Below are positions 62,184 to 64,000 of a stretch of 64,000 nt of DNA, one piece after another. The notes beneath the pieces were generated by a model, which saw only the letters and a list, made by a program, of their open reading frames with translations, was not told the DNA's origin and did not search any database. Origin of the DNA: Macrostomum lignano (Eukaryota). The position numbers and the translations under genes are program-made. The stretch spans positions 124,001 through 188,000 of the forward strand of contig NIVC01001678.1 in NCBI GenBank assembly GCA_002269645.1, in the 5' to 3' direction. Position 1 is the first letter of the stretch, and each line of letters opens with the position of its first letter.

Positions 62184-62300
62184 TTTTCTGTCTGTCTGTC
62201 TGTCTGTCTGTGTCTGTATGTCTGCCTGTTTGTCTGTCTGTCTGTCGTGTTGTCTTTATGTCTTAATGTCTGTCTGCTTTGTCTTCGCGTCTGTCTGTCC
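61730..62300. repeat. (TCTG)n/(TG)n microsatellite downstream of the ELP3 stop
   Basis: Directly visible. Confidence 0.97.
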
Positions 62301-62794
62301 CTTTCTGCTACCAGGTCATTTTGTACATTCTTTGTAGTACTAGTCTCTCCTAGTGTTTGTCTTGTTTGGATTTATTAGTGTCATTCTTAGTATGAAAAAT
62401 ATTTCTTCTGTAAACGATAAGCCATATTTATAAATCTAATTTAATGCCCATGCGATTTTACTTCCAGACGACCAGCTTCCACGTCAACTTGAATATTGCG
62501 CCTGAGGACAAGTTTGATTTATCAGCTTTTGAATTTGAACAGAAAAATTGGAACACTGTGCGTTTAAACTGGTCATCTGATGCGTTTCTCGTCTGCTTAT
62601 CAGTTTCATTGTGAAATAATGCATTATATTTAATAAATAAATATGTTATTTGAGACTGCGAATATAGGGTTTATTTTCATTTATCGTGGTGATTGATTGT
62701 GATGAGCAAAATTTATCCATATTACGAACCTATGTTTACTTTATTATTTTGGAAGTTGTGAACGGTTTTTTAATTCTTCAGTAGCTGAAGAATG

Positions 62795-63330
62795 CAGCTA
62801 CCCTCCCTGGTTGTTCATTGGGGATGCCGCCTACCCTCCCTGTTTGTTCATTGGGAATGCCGCTTACCCTCCCTGATTGTTCATTGGGGATGCCGCTTAC
62901 CCTCCATGATGCTTCAGTGGGGATGCCGCTTACCCACCATGATGCTTCAGTGGGGATGCCGCTTACCCACCATGATGCTTCAGTGGGGATGCCGCTTACC
63001 CACCATGATGCTTCAGTGGGGATGCCGCTTACCCACCATGATGCTTCAGTGGGGATGCCGCTTACCCACCATGATGCTTCAGTGGGGATGCCGCTTACCC
63101 ACCATGATGCTTCAGTGGGGATGCCGCTTACCCACCATGATGCTTCAGTGGGGATGCCGCTTACCCACCATGATGCTTCAGTGGGGATGCCGCTTACCCA
63201 CCATGATGCTTCAGTGGGGATGCCGCTTACCCACCATGATGCTTCAGTGGGGATGCCGCTTACCCACCATGATGCTTCAGTGGGGATGCCGCTTACCCTC
63301 CTTGATTTTTTATTGGGGATGCCGCTATCG
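62795..63330. repeat. 33-bp minisatellite (CTTCAGTGGGGATGCCGCTTACCCACCATGATG)
   Basis: About 11 perfect units with degenerate flanking units. Confidence 0.97.
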
Positions 63331-63640
63331 ATAGATAGCTTAGCATAGATAGATAGCATAGATAGATAGTTTAGCATGCAAATAATTTTTATGGTTTTTG
63401 ACCGTACGAACTAAAAAGTGGACAAGAAAAGTACAGCAAAAATATCACTGGAGTACATGATTCAAATGTAATATAATATATATAATATAATATTTTGGGC
63501 ATGATAGCAGTAGGGAAGTGATACATAAGCGTACAGACTACACTTCTAAAGAAGCCTCGCTTGAGTGTTGAAAATAAGAGTCAATCTCAGCTATTATTTC
63601 AATAAGCTACTCTAAGTAGTTGATAGTTATTTAAATTATT

Positions 63641-63816
63641 TTACTCCTCGTCCACAGTACAAGCGGACAGGACGATTGACACGATGAGGCATACGGTTGC
63701 TAGGATGCTGCACACAAAGCCGGCGTTGAGACTGTTGGAGGCCGCGTGGCCGTACTGCTGCACGCTGTGGAACACTGTGCCCAGGAACACGGACCAGCAG
63801 ATTATGGTTAGGACCA
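63641..63816 (-). CDS. Terminal exon of a probable tetraspan (claudin/PMP22-like) membrane protein; upstream exons lie outside the window
   Basis: Acceptor ttccag at 63819-63817; reads VLTIICWSVFLGTVFH...SLNAGFVCSILATVCLIVSIVLSACTVDEE*, i.e. two hydrophobic helices joined by a short loop, like TM3/TM4 of that clan. Family assignment tentative. Confidence 0.55.
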
Positions 63817-64000
63817 CTGGAATATGAATGAAGAATATAGGGCTTAGCGAAACTCAAACATGTCTCGTGAATGACATCATTTTGCTGAGATGAGATAGCC
63901 ATGCAGAACTTCTGAGGAGGCGATCGATAAAAATAGATTTTTTTGCTGATAAAGTTTTACAACTCCAGGGAGAACTTTCAAATAAATTTTATAAATTTGG

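Noticed and set aside
749-63377. Dozens of long repetitive ORFs (e.g. [44 protein letters not shown] repeats)
   Set aside because: They are translations of minisatellites or microsatellites, open in several frames or strands, and lie in introns or gaps of the reconstructed genes.

Overview
Eukaryotic (invertebrate animal) genomic DNA, very repeat-rich; the style is reminiscent of the flatworm Macrostomum, but that is inference only. By chaining GT..AG sites with consistent phases I reconstruct seven complete intron-containing genes and one terminal exon: casein kinase I alpha (+, 9459-14051), a two-domain phosphoethanolamine N-methyltransferase (+, 17949-24174), a SUR1/Och1-like GT32 glycosyltransferase (-, 31021-27009, one frameshift), a Y-box protein (+, 33682-41227), proteasome beta-2 (+, 44344-49080), an orphan type I membrane protein (+, 50474-52742), ELP3 (+, 53786-61700, one frameshift) and the last exon of a probable tetraspan membrane protein (-, 63816-63641). 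Most longer introns and several intergenic gaps hold a locus-specific 17-49 bp minisatellite. The window also has several DNA-transposon derivatives with clean TIR/TSD structure (hAT-like MITEs, a Merlin derivative, a mariner fossil), Helentron/DINE-1-like repeats and a tRNA-derived SINE in two copies. The most notable points are the minisatellite-per-intron architecture, the PMT whose C-terminal domain has lost its phosphobase-binding motifs, the fungal/bacterial-type GT32, the SINE family and the orphan membrane gene. Most ORFs in the supplied track are artefacts of the tandem repeats. No CRISPR array, rRNA or intact tRNA gene was seen.
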